Shown: positions 28,594 through 39,246 of the stretch, piece after piece
How positions within the stretch are numbered: position 1 is the first letter of the stretch
How the letters are laid out: the number at the start of each line of letters is the position of its first letter
Assembly (NCBI GenBank): GCA_002350615.1
Contig: DEFD01000027.1
Coordinates: forward strand, 26,400-90,399
DNA length: 64,000 nt
Direction: 5' to 3'
Source of the DNA: Bacteroidales bacterium UBA2861
GTDB taxonomy: Bacteria > Bacteroidota > Bacteroidia > Bacteroidales > UBA932
Notes under the pieces: model-generated
What the model was told of the DNA's origin: nothing
Databases searched by the model: none
The model's input: only the letters and a program-made list of their open reading frames with translations
Program-made: the position numbers and the translations under genes

Positions 28594-29391
28594 TTACAGG
28601 TCTGCAGGATTCCTTACGAGATTGACTTCCGCGATATCGGGGACGGGTTCTTTTTCCACCCAGTGACTGCTGACACGGCAGAGCTCCTCCCCTTTCCCGT
28701 TGAATATCTGTCCGACGAAAGCGGCCGGGTCGGAGGTCGTGTGGGTTTCATTGGCGATGGTGTCGCCCATCCTGGATTCGCGTATGAAGCGGATGTTCAA
28801 GAAGTCGGGGCGATGGCCTGCAAGAAACTCCTGTCCGAAGCACACCAGGGCCATCTGGACATACCTACGGTTGTTGGTGTGGCCGTTAAAGTCCAGATCG
28901 ACGAGGTTAATCGTATGCTGAAGGGTCTCGGAAGGCTCTTCGCTGAACTTCATCAGCGCGCGCTTGCGGTGCGGTCCCGCAGCGAACTCGGGCACGAGTT
29001 CACTCTCCGGAATCAGCCCCTCGCAGGACACCAGCTTCCTTTCCGACATGGAAATCAGTGACCAGCAGCTGTTCCCGCGCGCCGTCGTCTTGCCGGTATG
29101 GACTTCCCTGACCGTAAAATCCATCCACACGCGCAGCGAGGACATTTCGCTCACCCAGACGGAAACTTCCACATCTTCCGACCACATGGTGGGAGGCTCC
29201 GGGAGCTCCAGGTTTATTTCCGAGATCACCCAGGTCTTGTCCTGCTTCTGCATATCGAAGGCGGCAAGCCCCAGAGAGGTCAGATACCTGGCTATCGTGT
29301 TTTCATGGAATGTAAGGAGGCCGTCGATGGTGAGACGGTACTGAGCATTTATATGCGCTGCGGTTATAGGGTATCTTGTACTGTACTTCAT
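28594..29391 (-). CDS. Acyl-ACP thioesterase
   Basis: Double hotdog fold pattern with DLDFNGHTNNRRY motif; ATGA overlap with the upstream gene. Confidence 0.85.
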   Translation of the reverse strand: MKYSTRYPITAAHINAQYRLTIDGLLTFHENTIARYLTSLGLAAFDMQKQDKTWVISEINLELPEPPTMWSEDVEVSVWVSEMSSLRVWMDFTVREVHTGKTTARGNSCWSLISMSERKLVSCEGLIPESELVPEFAAGPHRKRALMKFSEEPSETLQHTINLVDLDFNGHTNNRRYVQMALVCFGQEFLAGHRPDFLNIRFIRESRMGDTIANETHTTSDPAAFVGQIFNGKGEELCRVSSHWVEKEPVPDIAEVNLVRNPADL

Positions 29392-30047
29392 CTGTCTCGG
29401 GCGATCCCAATATAATAAAAGAGTGTGGCTAGAGAACTCAGAGCGGCTATCACATAAGTGTAGGCCGCCCATTTGAGTGCGTCTTCCGCCATGGGAAGGG
29501 TGGTTTCATCAGTAAGGCCGGAGGCACGCAGCCAGGCGATGGCGCGGCGGCTGGCATCGATCTCGACGGGAAGCGTGACAAAGCTGAAAAGAGTGCTGAA
29601 AGCGAAAAGGAAGATCCCAAACCAGATCAGATGCGGGAAAATCTCGATAAGAAGCACTCCTGCGAGCAGCACCCACATCACTATATTGTTGGAGAATGTG
29701 ACGATGGGAACCAATGCGCTGCGAAGTCTCAGCGGAGCATAGCCCTGGGCATGCTGGAGGCAATGTCCTGTCTCGTGGGCCGCCACGGCCGCAGCCGCGA
29801 TGCTGCGCTGGGCGAAAACGCTCTCGGAAAGATTGATTGTCCGGTCCGCCGGATTGTAATGGTCTGTGAGTTTGCCGCGGACAGACTGGATCTTGACATC
29901 CACTCCGTTCTGTTTGAGCATAAGGGCGGAAACTTCGGCACCGCTGAGAGGGATGCCCACTTTGGAATATTTCTCAAATCGGCTGTTAAGCATCGTCTGG
30001 ACAATCCAGGATGCCAGCATCAGAGCTAAGAAAACAAAAATATACAT
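29388..30047 (-). CDS. Zinc metallopeptidase (YugP/Zn_peptidase_2 family)
   Basis: LTDHYNP, AVAAHETGH, TLPVEIDASRRA, AAYTYV. Confidence 0.9.
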   Translation of the reverse strand: MYIFVFLALMLASWIVQTMLNSRFEKYSKVGIPLSGAEVSALMLKQNGVDVKIQSVRGKLTDHYNPADRTINLSESVFAQRSIAAAAVAAHETGHCLQHAQGYAPLRLRSALVPIVTFSNNIVMWVLLAGVLLIEIFPHLIWFGIFLFAFSTLFSFVTLPVEIDASRRAIAWLRASGLTDETTLPMAEDALKWAAYTYVIAALSSLATLFYYIGIARDR

Positions 30048-30064
30048 ATTTTACCTCATTTCAT

Positions 30065-30451
30065 TCAAAAATCCTCTTCCAGGTCAGCATAGAGCGCATC
30101 CAGGGTGCGACGGTCCTTCTTGGTGGGGCGTCCGGTGCCGCGGTCCCTTTTTACGAAGAAGGTCTCCACAGGAGCGTGCAGCTTGTCCAGCTCGGCTTCC
30201 GGGGTGAGATTCTCGGCGTAATCGGGCACGAGGGCCGCGCCGAGGCGGTGTCCCACAATCTGTTTTATCCTGTAACTCAACTCAACGGGACCTTTGCGGA
30301 TTGTGAGCAGGTCTCCTTCCTTCACGTCTTTGGAAGGCTTGCATACCACGCCGTTGACCTGGACCTTGTTGCCGCGGCAGGCTTCGGTGGCGTCGCTCCG
30401 CGTTTTGAAGACGCGGATGCACCAGAGGTATTTGTCTATCCTTTCTTCCAT
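30065..30451 (-). CDS. hslR: S4-domain RNA-binding protein (Hsp15-like)
   Basis: RIDKYLWCIRVFKTRS..., GTGRPTKKDRR. Confidence 0.85.
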   Translation of the reverse strand: MEERIDKYLWCIRVFKTRSDATEACRGNKVQVNGVVCKPSKDVKEGDLLTIRKGPVELSYRIKQIVGHRLGAALVPDYAENLTPEAELDKLHAPVETFFVKRDRGTGRPTKKDRRTLDALYADLEEDF

Positions 30452-30471
30452 CTTTCTACACGCGGACAATG

Positions 30472-31047
30472 TCAGACAGTTTCGAGATAAAGGGCATGCT
30501 TCACCTCTTCATACTTCCCGGGCTTCACCGCCTTCACGATCTCCAGGGCGAATTCCAGGGCATGTCCGGCGCTGCGGCCGGTTATGATCCTGCCGCTGGT
30601 GACAGCCGGCTTGGGCACGAAAGCGGCGCCCTTATCTTCCAGTGCCTTTTCAAATCCGTCGAAACAGGTTACCACAGCATCCTCTATCCCCTTCAACTGG
30701 CTCAAGACCAGGCCGGGAGCCGCACAGATGGCAGCCACTGAGCCGCCGGCATCGTAATGCTCCTGCATGATCTTCACCAGCTTTTTATTGGAAGCGAGAT
30801 TTTTGCTGCCGGGCATTCCCCCGGGAAAGATGAGGAAATCCTGCGCAGTTGTACCGGCATGGTCGGGCCTCAGGAAGGGCAGGCAATCGTCCACGCTCAC
30901 GGTAATATGGTGGGAAGATACCACGAACGGCTCTTCGTTCACGGCGACAAGTTCGCTGCGGATGCCGGCCCTGCGCAAAACATCGTTTGTACCAAGGGCT
31001 TCCACATCTTCGAAGCCGTCTGCAAGAAAAATGTACACTCCTTTCAT
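30472..31047 (-). CDS. DJ-1/PfpI (YajL/ThiJ) family protein
   Basis: LADGFEDVEA, PGGMPG, AAICAAP, IITGRSAG. Confidence 0.9.
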   Translation of the reverse strand: MKGVYIFLADGFEDVEALGTNDVLRRAGIRSELVAVNEEPFVVSSHHITVSVDDCLPFLRPDHAGTTAQDFLIFPGGMPGSKNLASNKKLVKIMQEHYDAGGSVAAICAAPGLVLSQLKGIEDAVVTCFDGFEKALEDKGAAFVPKPAVTSGRIITGRSAGHALEFALEIVKAVKPGKYEEVKHALYLETV

Positions 31048-31096
31048 ATCGGCGAAATTTACTATATTCGCGTAAATTTAGTAAATCTTCCTTGAA

Positions 31097-32353
31097 ATGA
31101 AAAGAATCTTCTTTGCGCTGGCCATCCTTTCCATGTCCGCAGCCTGCAGCTCACTGCCGGATTTCCCGGAGGTCGGTGAGCCCTACGCAATCACTTCCGG
31201 TCCGCATGACCATCTGCTTGCCAGTTATTTCGGGATTAACTCCTGGAGCCCTGACAATAGGTATGTGGCAGTCCTGGAAACCGATGTCAACGGGCGTCTG
31301 GTAGCGGAAGACGAAGCGGCAAAGATTTTCCTGGTGGACCTCAAGGACGGCAACAAGATGATTGAGATAGGACAGACCTATGCCTGGAATTTTCAGGAAG
31401 CCGCCATGTTCCACTGGCTGCCCTGGGAAGACGGCGCCTGCCTCTGGAACGACAGGAGGGACGGGAAATTCGTAACGGTCGTCTATAATTGGAAAACCAA
31501 GGAAGAAAGACTCATCCCCTACCCGGTCAGCGCCGTTTCTCAGGACGGCAACTGGGCAGTGTCCATCAACTATGCGCGACTCAGGCTCACCCGCCCGGAC
31601 TACGGCTATGCGGGGCAAGGGCAGGATCCGCTCCGCGACGATATCTGGCCGGAGGATGAAGGCCTCTGGCTCGTGAATCTGCGCAGCGGAGAAGGCCGGT
31701 TGATCCTGAGCATCGCCCAGGCACGTTCCCAGATGACCACCATCGAAGACCCCAGGGGGCTCGCATATTTCTGCCATACGATTATCAGCAAGAATGCCAA
31801 AAGGATATTCTTCCTCGCCCGCACGGTTGAAAATCTGGATGCCCAGGTTGCGGAAAGAGGACACGTATATAACTGGAAAACGACGTCCTTCACCTGCGAC
31901 ATAGACGGCGGCAATCTTCGCCGCTGCTATCCCGACGGCTGGGCCGGTTCCCATTTCAACTGGCTGGACGACGACGTCCTGGCCGTCACGGCACAGTGGA
32001 ACGGCGAAGGTGTGTGGAGCCATACCGTATTCAAAGTCGGTGAAGAGGACAAGGTGCACCATATAGCTCCCGGCATAATGGACTGGGACGGGCACTGCAT
32101 CTTTTCGCCGGACGGCAGATTCATAAGCACGGACGGATACTGGAACAAAGCCGGCTACCGCAGCTGGGTAATCGTCCGCCTGGGAGATGACGCAATCAAA
32201 TCCATAGGAGCATTCTATGTTCCTGAAAAATATCGTGAACAGTACTCTCGCTGCGACCTGCATCCCCGTTGGAGAAAGGATGGCAGACAGCTGGGATTCA
32301 ACTCCGTCCACGAAGGAAGCAGACAGGTTTATCTTAGAGATATAAAATGGTAG
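31097..32353 (+). CDS. Beta-propeller lipoprotein (oligogalacturonate lyase/TolB-like)
   Basis: Lipobox SAAC; AWNFQ, NYARL...RPDYGY, DGHC..SPDG, RCDLHPRW..DG...FNSVHEG.RQVY. Confidence 0.7.
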   Translation: MKRIFFALAILSMSAACSSLPDFPEVGEPYAITSGPHDHLLASYFGINSWSPDNRYVAVLETDVNGRLVAEDEAAKIFLVDLKDGNKMIEIGQTYAWNFQEAAMFHWLPWEDGACLWNDRRDGKFVTVVYNWKTKEERLIPYPVSAVSQDGNWAVSINYARLRLTRPDYGYAGQGQDPLRDDIWPEDEGLWLVNLRSGEGRLILSIAQARSQMTTIEDPRGLAYFCHTIISKNAKRIFFLARTVENLDAQVAERGHVYNWKTTSFTCDIDGGNLRRCYPDGWAGSHFNWLDDDVLAVTAQWNGEGVWSHTVFKVGEEDKVHHIAPGIMDWDGHCIFSPDGRFISTDGYWNKAGYRSWVIVRLGDDAIKSIGAFYVPEKYREQYSRCDLHPRWRKDGRQLGFNSVHEGSRQVYLRDIKW

Positions 32354-33453
32354 AAGAAAAGAAATTGTTCCCCTTCAGGCTGGAGGCCTTCGAAGACAGA
32401 TTCAATTGGGGAACGGAAAAATTGCTGCTGGCGGACCTCGGCTACAGGGACACGCAGGTGCGTGACGGCTGGGTTCGCGGCAACAGCATGGGAGACATGA
32501 TGGAGACTTTCCTGGACCGCCTGGTGGGCGACGACGTCTTCGAGTGGTACGGGCAGCAGTTCCCTTTCCAGATAAAGCAGATTTCATGTTCCGGCAAGAT
32601 GCCCCTGAGGGTGTCCCCGGACGATGAAATATCCCGGCAGCGCTACGATGCCCTCGGCAAGGAGAAACTATGGTACATAGTGAGCGCGTCCCGTGATGCA
32701 AGGATATACGCGGGCCTTTCTTCGGAAATGCCGGTGGCCGATTTCTTTGCCGCCTGCGAAGACGGCAGTATCGGCAGACATCTTCACGCGATAGTCCCTC
32801 AAGCCGGCCGTTTCGTGCATATCCCGGCAGGAGTTCCGCACTGCGCCTCGGGAAAGATTGAAATATTGGAAGTGAGTGAATCCTCCGCCCTGGATTTCTG
32901 TCTCTGCAGCTGGGGCGAGCCTCTGAACGAGGATGAATTCGACCCTGAATTCAATCTGGTGGAAGCCCTTGATTTCATTGACCTGCGCGCTGTAAAACCT
33001 GCCCTTCAGGACCCCTCGGGGCATCATCACGGCCATGAAGACGAGTCCTCGGGCGAAGAGCACCGTCACATCGTGGAGAAGTTGCTGGCCCTCCCCCAGT
33101 TTACCGTGAGCCGGATAAATCTGACCGATCCCCTGCACATATATACCGAGAAATTCGATTCCTGTCTCGCCTATACCTGCGTCAGCGGCCTTCTGCAGCT
33201 CAAGGTGGGAGGAGCGGACCTGCCGGGGCTCAAGGACAGCCCGGATTTGAAGCCGGTCACCGTCATCCCCGGCGAAACGGTCCTCGTGCCCGCAGAATGT
33301 CCCGATTTCTTCCTCGCTCCCGCGGAAAAGGGCACCGTCCTTCTGGAGACCATGGTGGAGAAGCGCGAAGACCCGGACCCCTACACCGGAGAGACAGAAG
33401 AGCATGAGCACTGTGACCACCATCATGACCATCATCAACATTTTCTCTCGTAA
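32347..33453 (+). CDS. Class I mannose-6-phosphate isomerase-like cupin, degenerate active site, His-rich
   Basis: LVGDDVFEWYGQQFPF, VSPDD, GKEKLWYI, IPAGVPH align to ManA-type motifs, with metal ligands substituted. Confidence 0.7.
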   Translation: MVEEKKLFPFRLEAFEDRFNWGTEKLLLADLGYRDTQVRDGWVRGNSMGDMMETFLDRLVGDDVFEWYGQQFPFQIKQISCSGKMPLRVSPDDEISRQRYDALGKEKLWYIVSASRDARIYAGLSSEMPVADFFAACEDGSIGRHLHAIVPQAGRFVHIPAGVPHCASGKIEILEVSESSALDFCLCSWGEPLNEDEFDPEFNLVEALDFIDLRAVKPALQDPSGHHHGHEDESSGEEHRHIVEKLLALPQFTVSRINLTDPLHIYTEKFDSCLAYTCVSGLLQLKVGGADLPGLKDSPDLKPVTVIPGETVLVPAECPDFFLAPAEKGTVLLETMVEKREDPDPYTGETEEHEHCDHHHDHHQHFLS

Positions 33454-33464
33454 ATAGCATCACT

Positions 33465-33554
33465 GTGTTTAGCCTACAAACATTTAATGCGGCTAAACAC
33501 GAAAAACACCAAAAACGTTCTTCCCCATCACTGCGATTGGTGGGGTAAGAACGT
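33465..33554. repeat. REP-like doublet, family C, upstream of RAYT
   Basis: GTGTTTAGCC..GGCTAAACAC (33465-33500) and ACGTTCTTCCCCA..TGGGGTAAGAACGT (33515-33554). Confidence 0.7.
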
Positions 33555-33681
33555 ATTATACTTAAAAAACAGAAATTAATTTCTTTTCATTTTTCCCAGC
33601 GCAACAATAAAAACAGAAAAAGTTTCAAGATTTCCTTTACATTGTTTGGTGGTGTGTCGTTTTTAGCCAAGTTTTGCAGCC

Positions 33682-34542
33682 ATGAAACGATATTATTTGA
33701 TAAGCACCAGCCATCTCTGCGACAGGATTCTGTTTCTCGACGACAAAGATTTTACGGCGGCAATGAATCTGGTGGCCGTTACTGCACACATTACCGGGAC
33801 TTGCGTCATAACTTTTGTCTTGATGTCCAATCACGTCCATTTCATCCTCTATGCTACAAAAGGGGAAGCCATCTCTTTCATAGAACGATTCAAGCACTTA
33901 TATTCCATGTATTTCCGGCACCGGTACGGACCTTCACGGCCATTGAAAGGAAACAGTGCCGATATCAGGGAGGTTTCAGGCGGAAATGAAAGTACAGAGC
34001 GTGCTATCGCCTACGTCCAGATGAATCCGGTTGCCGCGAACATATGTCCCCATCCTTCACTTTATCCGTGGGGTTGCGGTTGCAGTTTCTTCAACCCTAA
34101 AGCGGACCGGGGCCGGACCATCGAAAGTATCTCCGTCAGAAGTCAACGGACTTTACTCCATAGTAACGTCAGGCTGCCTGGCGACTATGTATTACTGGAT
34201 GAAGGATTCATAAGCCCACGCAGTTACATTCCCATAAAGAAAGTTGAATCCGTTTTCCGAACATCCAACCGGTACAACTTCTTTTTAAACAATTCATCAA
34301 AGGCAAAGTCGAGGATGGAAGACAGTGCGGTTCCATCTTTCCGGGATCAGGTTATAAACAACGCAATACAGGATCTCTGCCATTCCCTTTTCAGGACAGA
34401 TGATTTCAAGTCTTTGAACAATGAAGACGCCACGGACCTTCTGAAACAGTTAAGGTGGCGTTTCAGCGCCGACATTGCACAACTTGCCAGAATCACCGGA
34501 CTGCCGTACAGACAAATCACCGCCATGATAGAGAGTCTTTAA
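33682..34542 (+). mobile_element. REP-associated tyrosine transposase (RAYT, Y1/HUH family)
   Basis: FVLMSNHVHFIL HUH motif, AYVQMNPVAA catalytic Tyr motif, YPWG, C-terminal HTH-like tail; flanked on both sides by hairpin doublets. Confidence 0.85.
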
Positions 34543-34633
34543 CGCGTTTACCCGTCCTAATTTTTATACGGGCAAACACGTTTTCCCGTGTTTTCGTGCT
34601 TACCCAAATTATTTTTCAATCGGGCAAACACGA
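34543..34633. repeat. REP-like doublet, family C, downstream of RAYT
   Basis: CGCGTTTACCCGT..ACGGGCAAACACG and TCGTGCTTACCC..GGGCAAACACGA. Confidence 0.7.
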
Positions 34634-34665
34634 TTATCAGCATAAAGGCTATAAAAAAGAGGTCC

Positions 34666-36228
34666 TCAGTCGAGGGCCTCTCCTTTTAAGTTGAGAAATT
34701 CGTATTGCAGGATACTGTGCTCGGTGAGTTCGCGGTGAACGATGCGGCACTTGTACTTGCGCTTCCATTTGCGCAGATAGGAATTCCAACCGCGGGAGAT
34801 ATAAGCTCCCAGGATTGGTCCGGTCTGGAGAATCAGCTCCCTGACTCCCTTTTCCTGCACATAGTAGGCAAGCTGGCGCTCGATCTGTTCATCGATAACC
34901 ACAGTGGAAACGATCTTGCCGGTGCCGTGGCACAGGGGACATTGCTCCGTGGTGTTGATTTCCGTGACCGGACGGATCCGGTGACGGGTAATCTGCATCA
35001 GCCCGAACTTGGTGAGAGGCAGCACATTGTGCTTCGCCCTGTCCTCGGACATAAGGTCGCACATCAACTTGTAGAGCTCGTTCCGGTGCTCCTGGGTCTC
35101 CATGTCGATGAAATCGACTATCACGATGCCACCCATGTCGCGCAGCCGCAGCTGGCGTGCAATTTCTTCCGCGGCAAGTTTATTGACCTCGAAGGCATTT
35201 TCTTCCTGGTCATTCACCTTGGCGCGTATTCCGCTGTTGACATCTATCACATTCAAAGCCTCGGTGGTCTCTATCACGAGATAGGCCCCCTGCTTCATAG
35301 ATACTACCTTTCCGAAGGAGCCCTTGATCTGCCTTGTGACCTCGAAATGGTCGAAGATAGGTTCCTTGCCTTCGTAGAGTTTCACTATTTTCTCCTGCTC
35401 GGGAGAAATGAGCGAGATGTACTTGCGTGTTTCCTCGAAAATCTTTTCATCGTTCACATAGACATTGCTGAACGAGTCGTTGAGGAGATCCCTGAGGATG
35501 GTGGTGGTTTTGGAGTACTCGGTAAACAGAAGGTCCACCCCCTTGCTGCGTGCAATCTTCTTCCAGGAACTCTCCCACTTTTCGATGAGTGAAGTGAGTT
35601 CCGCCACCAGCACCGAGGCGTTCTTGCCTTCGGCCGCAGTGCGGATGATTGCCCCGTAATTCTTGGGGAGGATGCTCTTGACCAGGGTTTCGAGCCTGCG
35701 CTTTTCTTCCCTGGATGAGATTTTCTGCGAGATGCTTACCTTGTCCGCGAACGGAAGGAGCACTATGTTCCTTCCTGCAAGAGAAATTTCCGCTGTCAGA
35801 CGCGAGCCTTTTGTGGATATCGGTTCCTTGACTATCTGGGCGATTATCATCTGCCCCTGTTTGAGATAGTCCTCTATCCTGCCCTCCTTTTCCAGGATCG
35901 GGCCGATCTTGATGTTGGAATAGAGGCTGCGCATATCCTTGTTGGGGTTGCTTTCCCGCACGAAAGTATCGAATGCGGTAAAATGGAATCCCAGGTCCAG
36001 ATAATGGATGAAAGCCTCCTTGCTGTCGCCGATGTCCACGAAAGCCGCATTCAGTGAGGGAAGGAGTTTCTTGACCCTGCCAAGGAACACATCCCCCACG
36101 GAGAAATTGTGGCCGGCGCTGGATTCACGGCTGAGCTCGATGAGCCTCGAATTCTGCATCAAGGCTATACGGACTTCCGCAGGACCAACGTCCACCACGA
36201 GGTCTTTTACGACTTTCTGTTCGTCCAT
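34666..36228 (-). CDS. rng: Ribonuclease E/G family
   Basis: LNAAFVDIG..KEAFIH S1 domain, KEPISTKGSRL, VIDVNSG, LRLRDMGGIVIVDFIDM, CPLCHGTG. Confidence 0.9.
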   Translation of the reverse strand: MDEQKVVKDLVVDVGPAEVRIALMQNSRLIELSRESSAGHNFSVGDVFLGRVKKLLPSLNAAFVDIGDSKEAFIHYLDLGFHFTAFDTFVRESNPNKDMRSLYSNIKIGPILEKEGRIEDYLKQGQMIIAQIVKEPISTKGSRLTAEISLAGRNIVLLPFADKVSISQKISSREEKRRLETLVKSILPKNYGAIIRTAAEGKNASVLVAELTSLIEKWESSWKKIARSKGVDLLFTEYSKTTTILRDLLNDSFSNVYVNDEKIFEETRKYISLISPEQEKIVKLYEGKEPIFDHFEVTRQIKGSFGKVVSMKQGAYLVIETTEALNVIDVNSGIRAKVNDQEENAFEVNKLAAEEIARQLRLRDMGGIVIVDFIDMETQEHRNELYKLMCDLMSEDRAKHNVLPLTKFGLMQITRHRIRPVTEINTTEQCPLCHGTGKIVSTVVIDEQIERQLAYYVQEKGVRELILQTGPILGAYISRGWNSYLRKWKRKYKCRIVHRELTEHSILQYEFLNLKGEALD

Positions 36229-36300
36229 TAGGGAAATTATTACAGTTGATAAAGAAAAGAGACCCGCCGAATCTCTCGTACGAGCCTCTTCCGACAAAGA

Positions 36301-36390
36301 TTATTTCTTTTTGTGTCTATTGAGGCGCAAGCGTTTTTTCCGCTTGTGCGTCGCCATCTTATGGCGCTTTCTTTTTTTTCCGCTAGGCAT
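36301..36390 (-). CDS. 30S ribosomal protein bS22 (AURKAIP1/COX24 family), 29 aa
   Basis: Manual translation MPSGKKRKRHKMATHKRKKRLRLNRHKKK, lying between HU and rng. Confidence 0.85.
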   Translation of the reverse strand: MPSGKKRKRHKMATHKRKKRLRLNRHKKK

Positions 36391-36404
36391 AATTAAATAT
36401 TTTG

Positions 36405-36680
36405 TTACTTCTTAAGTTCGGAAACAAAAGACTTTGCAGGCTTGAAAGACGGAATGTCGTGTGCAGGGACTACGATAGTCGTCTTCTTGGTGATGTTGCG
36501 GGCCGCTTTCTGAGCACGGTGCTTGATGATAAAGCTGCCGAAGCCACGGAGATACACGGGCTCACCTTTGATAAGAGAAGCTTTTACAGTTCCCATAAAC
36601 GCCTCGACTACGGCGAGGACTTCCACTTTCTCGATCCCAGTCTGCTGGGCAATCTCATTAACGATATCTGCTTTAGTCAT
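36405..36680 (-). CDS. HU/IHF family DNA-binding protein
   Basis: MTKADIV, VYLRGFGSF, ARNI, PSFKPAK. Confidence 0.95.
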   Translation of the reverse strand: MTKADIVNEIAQQTGIEKVEVLAVVEAFMGTVKASLIKGEPVYLRGFGSFIIKHRAQKAARNITKKTTIVVPAHDIPSFKPAKSFVSELKK

Positions 36681-36846
36681 AATTGATAGATAAATTTGAT
36701 TTGGGTTTGCAAAAATAAGCTAATTTTTTAATAATCAAAAATGAAAATCGGTTTTTATGCCCAATTTGTCATTGGCACGGAGATTGACTATATTCGCTGC
36801 CGGGGCGATTATGCCCTGTTACTGACATTTTGACAGAAAGACATTT

Positions 36847-39246
36847 ATGAGAGAAGACAAAATATACGCAGTGCCCGCTGGAGCGGAAGTGAACATCATC
36901 CCGGTAATGCAGGGAGAGAGTCTCATGAAAGTGGACGACGCGGAACTGCCGGACCTTGTGCCGGTGCTCGCCCTGCGGAACGCCATCCTCTTCCCGGGGA
37001 CGGTTTTCCCAGTCACCATAGGCAGGGACAAGTCCATCAGGCTTGTCAAGGAAGCCGAGGAGCGCGGGCTGTTCATCGCCTGCGTCCCCCAGACCGACGT
37101 CACCGTGGAAGACCCTAAGGAACAGGACCTTTACCAGTACGGCACCGTGGCCAAGATACTCAAGAGCCTGGAGATGCCGGACGGCAGCATCACCGCCATA
37201 CTTCAGGGTTTCAAGCGCCTGTCGCTGGACTCCATAGTGAGTTATGAACCCTATCTGGAGGGCCGTGTCCACTATCTGGACGATTATCTCGCCGACGAAG
37301 ACGGCACTGCCATCAAAGCCATTTCCGATTCGCTCAAGGAGCAGGCCGTGCAGATCATCCGCAGCAGTTCCATGGCTTCGCGCGAAGCCGTGGGGGCCAT
37401 CCGCCATATAGACAATTTCCGTTTCCTGGTGAATTTCATCGCCACGACAGTGGAGGTGGACGACTTCCAGGACAAGATTGAGCTTCTCCAGTACGACGAC
37501 CTCAAGGTGCGCGCCATGAAGCTGCTCACCATGCTCAACATGCAGATCGAGCTTAGCAAGATAAAGGCGGACATCAACCAGAAGGCGAAGAGCGAGATAG
37601 ACCAGCAGCAAAGGGAATACTACCTCAACAACCAGCTTCGGGCCATCCAGGAAGAACTCGGAATGGACGACAGCGAAGACTATGACAAGTTCAAGGAGCG
37701 CGCCGAAAAGAAAAAATGGCCGGAAGCCATAGCCAAGGCATTCGAAAAGGAGCTTGCCAAGCTCGGCAAGTACAATCCTTCCTCGCCGGACTACAGCGTG
37801 CAATACAACTACCTCGACTTCATGCTCAACCTCCCCTGGGATGAGAAGAGCGAGGACAATCTCGACCTGGCCAACGCCCAGAAAGTCCTGGACGAGGACC
37901 ATTTCGGCCTCGAATCCGTCAAGGACAGGATCATCGAGTATCTTGCGGTGCTCAAGCTGAAGGGCAATATGAAATCCCCCATCCTCTGTCTCTACGGGCC
38001 TCCGGGAGTGGGCAAGACCTCCCTCGGCAAGAGCATAGCGAGGGCCCTCGGACGCAAATACGTAAGGATTTCACTTGGCGGCGTGCATGACGAGGCGGAA
38101 ATCCGCGGCCACCGCAAAACCTATGTGGGAGCCTTGCCGGGGCGCATCCTCAACGGCATAGAAAGAGCCGGCACCTCCAACCCCGTGATCGTTCTGGACG
38201 AAATCGACAAACTCAGTTCGGACATCAAGGGAGATCCCTCATCTGCCCTGCTGGAAGCGCTGGATCCCGAACAGAACACCACCTTCCACGACAATTACCT
38301 AGACCTGGACTACGACCTCTCCAATGTGATGTTCCTCACCACCGCGAACACCACTTCCACCATTCAGCCGGCCCTTCTGGACCGTATGGAAGTCATCAAC
38401 GTGACAGGATATCTCGCCGAGGAGAAAGTGCAGATAGCCAAGCACTTCCTGGTGCCCAAGCAACTTAAGGAGCACGGCATCGACAGCAAGGCCCTCAAGA
38501 TAGATCCGGCCGCGATCCGGCAGATCATCGACAAATACACCCACGAAAGCGGCGTCCGCGGACTGGAGAAGCAGATTGCCAAAGTGGCCCGCGTGACGGC
38601 CAAGAAAATCGCCCTCGGGCAGGAGCATCCGGACGTCATCAAGCCGGAGCATCTCAAAGAATACCTGGGACTTGAAACCGCTTTCCACGACAGCCAGAAA
38701 GGCAACGAAGGCCCCGGAGTGGTCACCGGCCTCGCCTGGACACAGATGGGAGGGGAAATCCTATTCGTGGAAAGTTCCGTGTCCGGAGGCAAGGGCGCCC
38801 TCACCATGACGGGAAGCCTGGGAGACGTGATGAAGGAATCCGCCACCATCGCCTACCAATATATAAAGGCCCATCCCGATCTTGCGCTGATGGACGACGA
38901 GACTTTCGCCAAGAAGGATATCCACGTGCATGTTCCCGAAGGCGCAGTGCCCAAGGACGGCCCTTCCGCCGGTATCACCATGGTCAGTTCCATGGTATCC
39001 GCCCTCAGGGGCAAAGGCATCAAGAAGGGCGTAGCCATGACCGGAGAGATGACCCTTCGCGGACGCGTCCTCCCTGTCGGAGGCATCAAGGAGAAGATTC
39101 TAGCCGCAAAGCGCGCCGGGGTCCACACCATCCTGCTGTCGGAAGAAAATAAAAAAGATATCGAAGATATCAAGGAAATTTACATAAAAGGTCTTACCTT
39201 TGTATATGTCAAGACAATCAAGGATGTCATAGACTACATTTTCTGA
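36847..39246 (+). CDS. lon: ATP-dependent protease La
   Basis: [39 protein letters not shown]. Confidence 0.97.
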   Translation: MREDKIYAVPAGAEVNIIPVMQGESLMKVDDAELPDLVPVLALRNAILFPGTVFPVTIGRDKSIRLVKEAEERGLFIACVPQTDVTVEDPKEQDLYQYGTVAKILKSLEMPDGSITAILQGFKRLSLDSIVSYEPYLEGRVHYLDDYLADEDGTAIKAISDSLKEQAVQIIRSSSMASREAVGAIRHIDNFRFLVNFIATTVEVDDFQDKIELLQYDDLKVRAMKLLTMLNMQIELSKIKADINQKAKSEIDQQQREYYLNNQLRAIQEELGMDDSEDYDKFKERAEKKKWPEAIAKAFEKELAKLGKYNPSSPDYSVQYNYLDFMLNLPWDEKSEDNLDLANAQKVLDEDHFGLESVKDRIIEYLAVLKLKGNMKSPILCLYGPPGVGKTSLGKSIARALGRKYVRISLGGVHDEAEIRGHRKTYVGALPGRILNGIERAGTSNPVIVLDEIDKLSSDIKGDPSSALLEALDPEQNTTFHDNYLDLDYDLSNVMFLTTANTTSTIQPALLDRMEVINVTGYLAEEKVQIAKHFLVPKQLKEHGIDSKALKIDPAAIRQIIDKYTHESGVRGLEKQIAKVARVTAKKIALGQEHPDVIKPEHLKEYLGLETAFHDSQKGNEGPGVVTGLAWTQMGGEILFVESSVSGGKGALTMTGSLGDVMKESATIAYQYIKAHPDLALMDDETFAKKDIHVHVPEGAVPKDGPSAGITMVSSMVSALRGKGIKKGVAMTGEMTLRGRVLPVGGIKEKILAAKRAGVHTILLSEENKKDIEDIKEIYIKGLTFVYVKTIKDVIDYIF

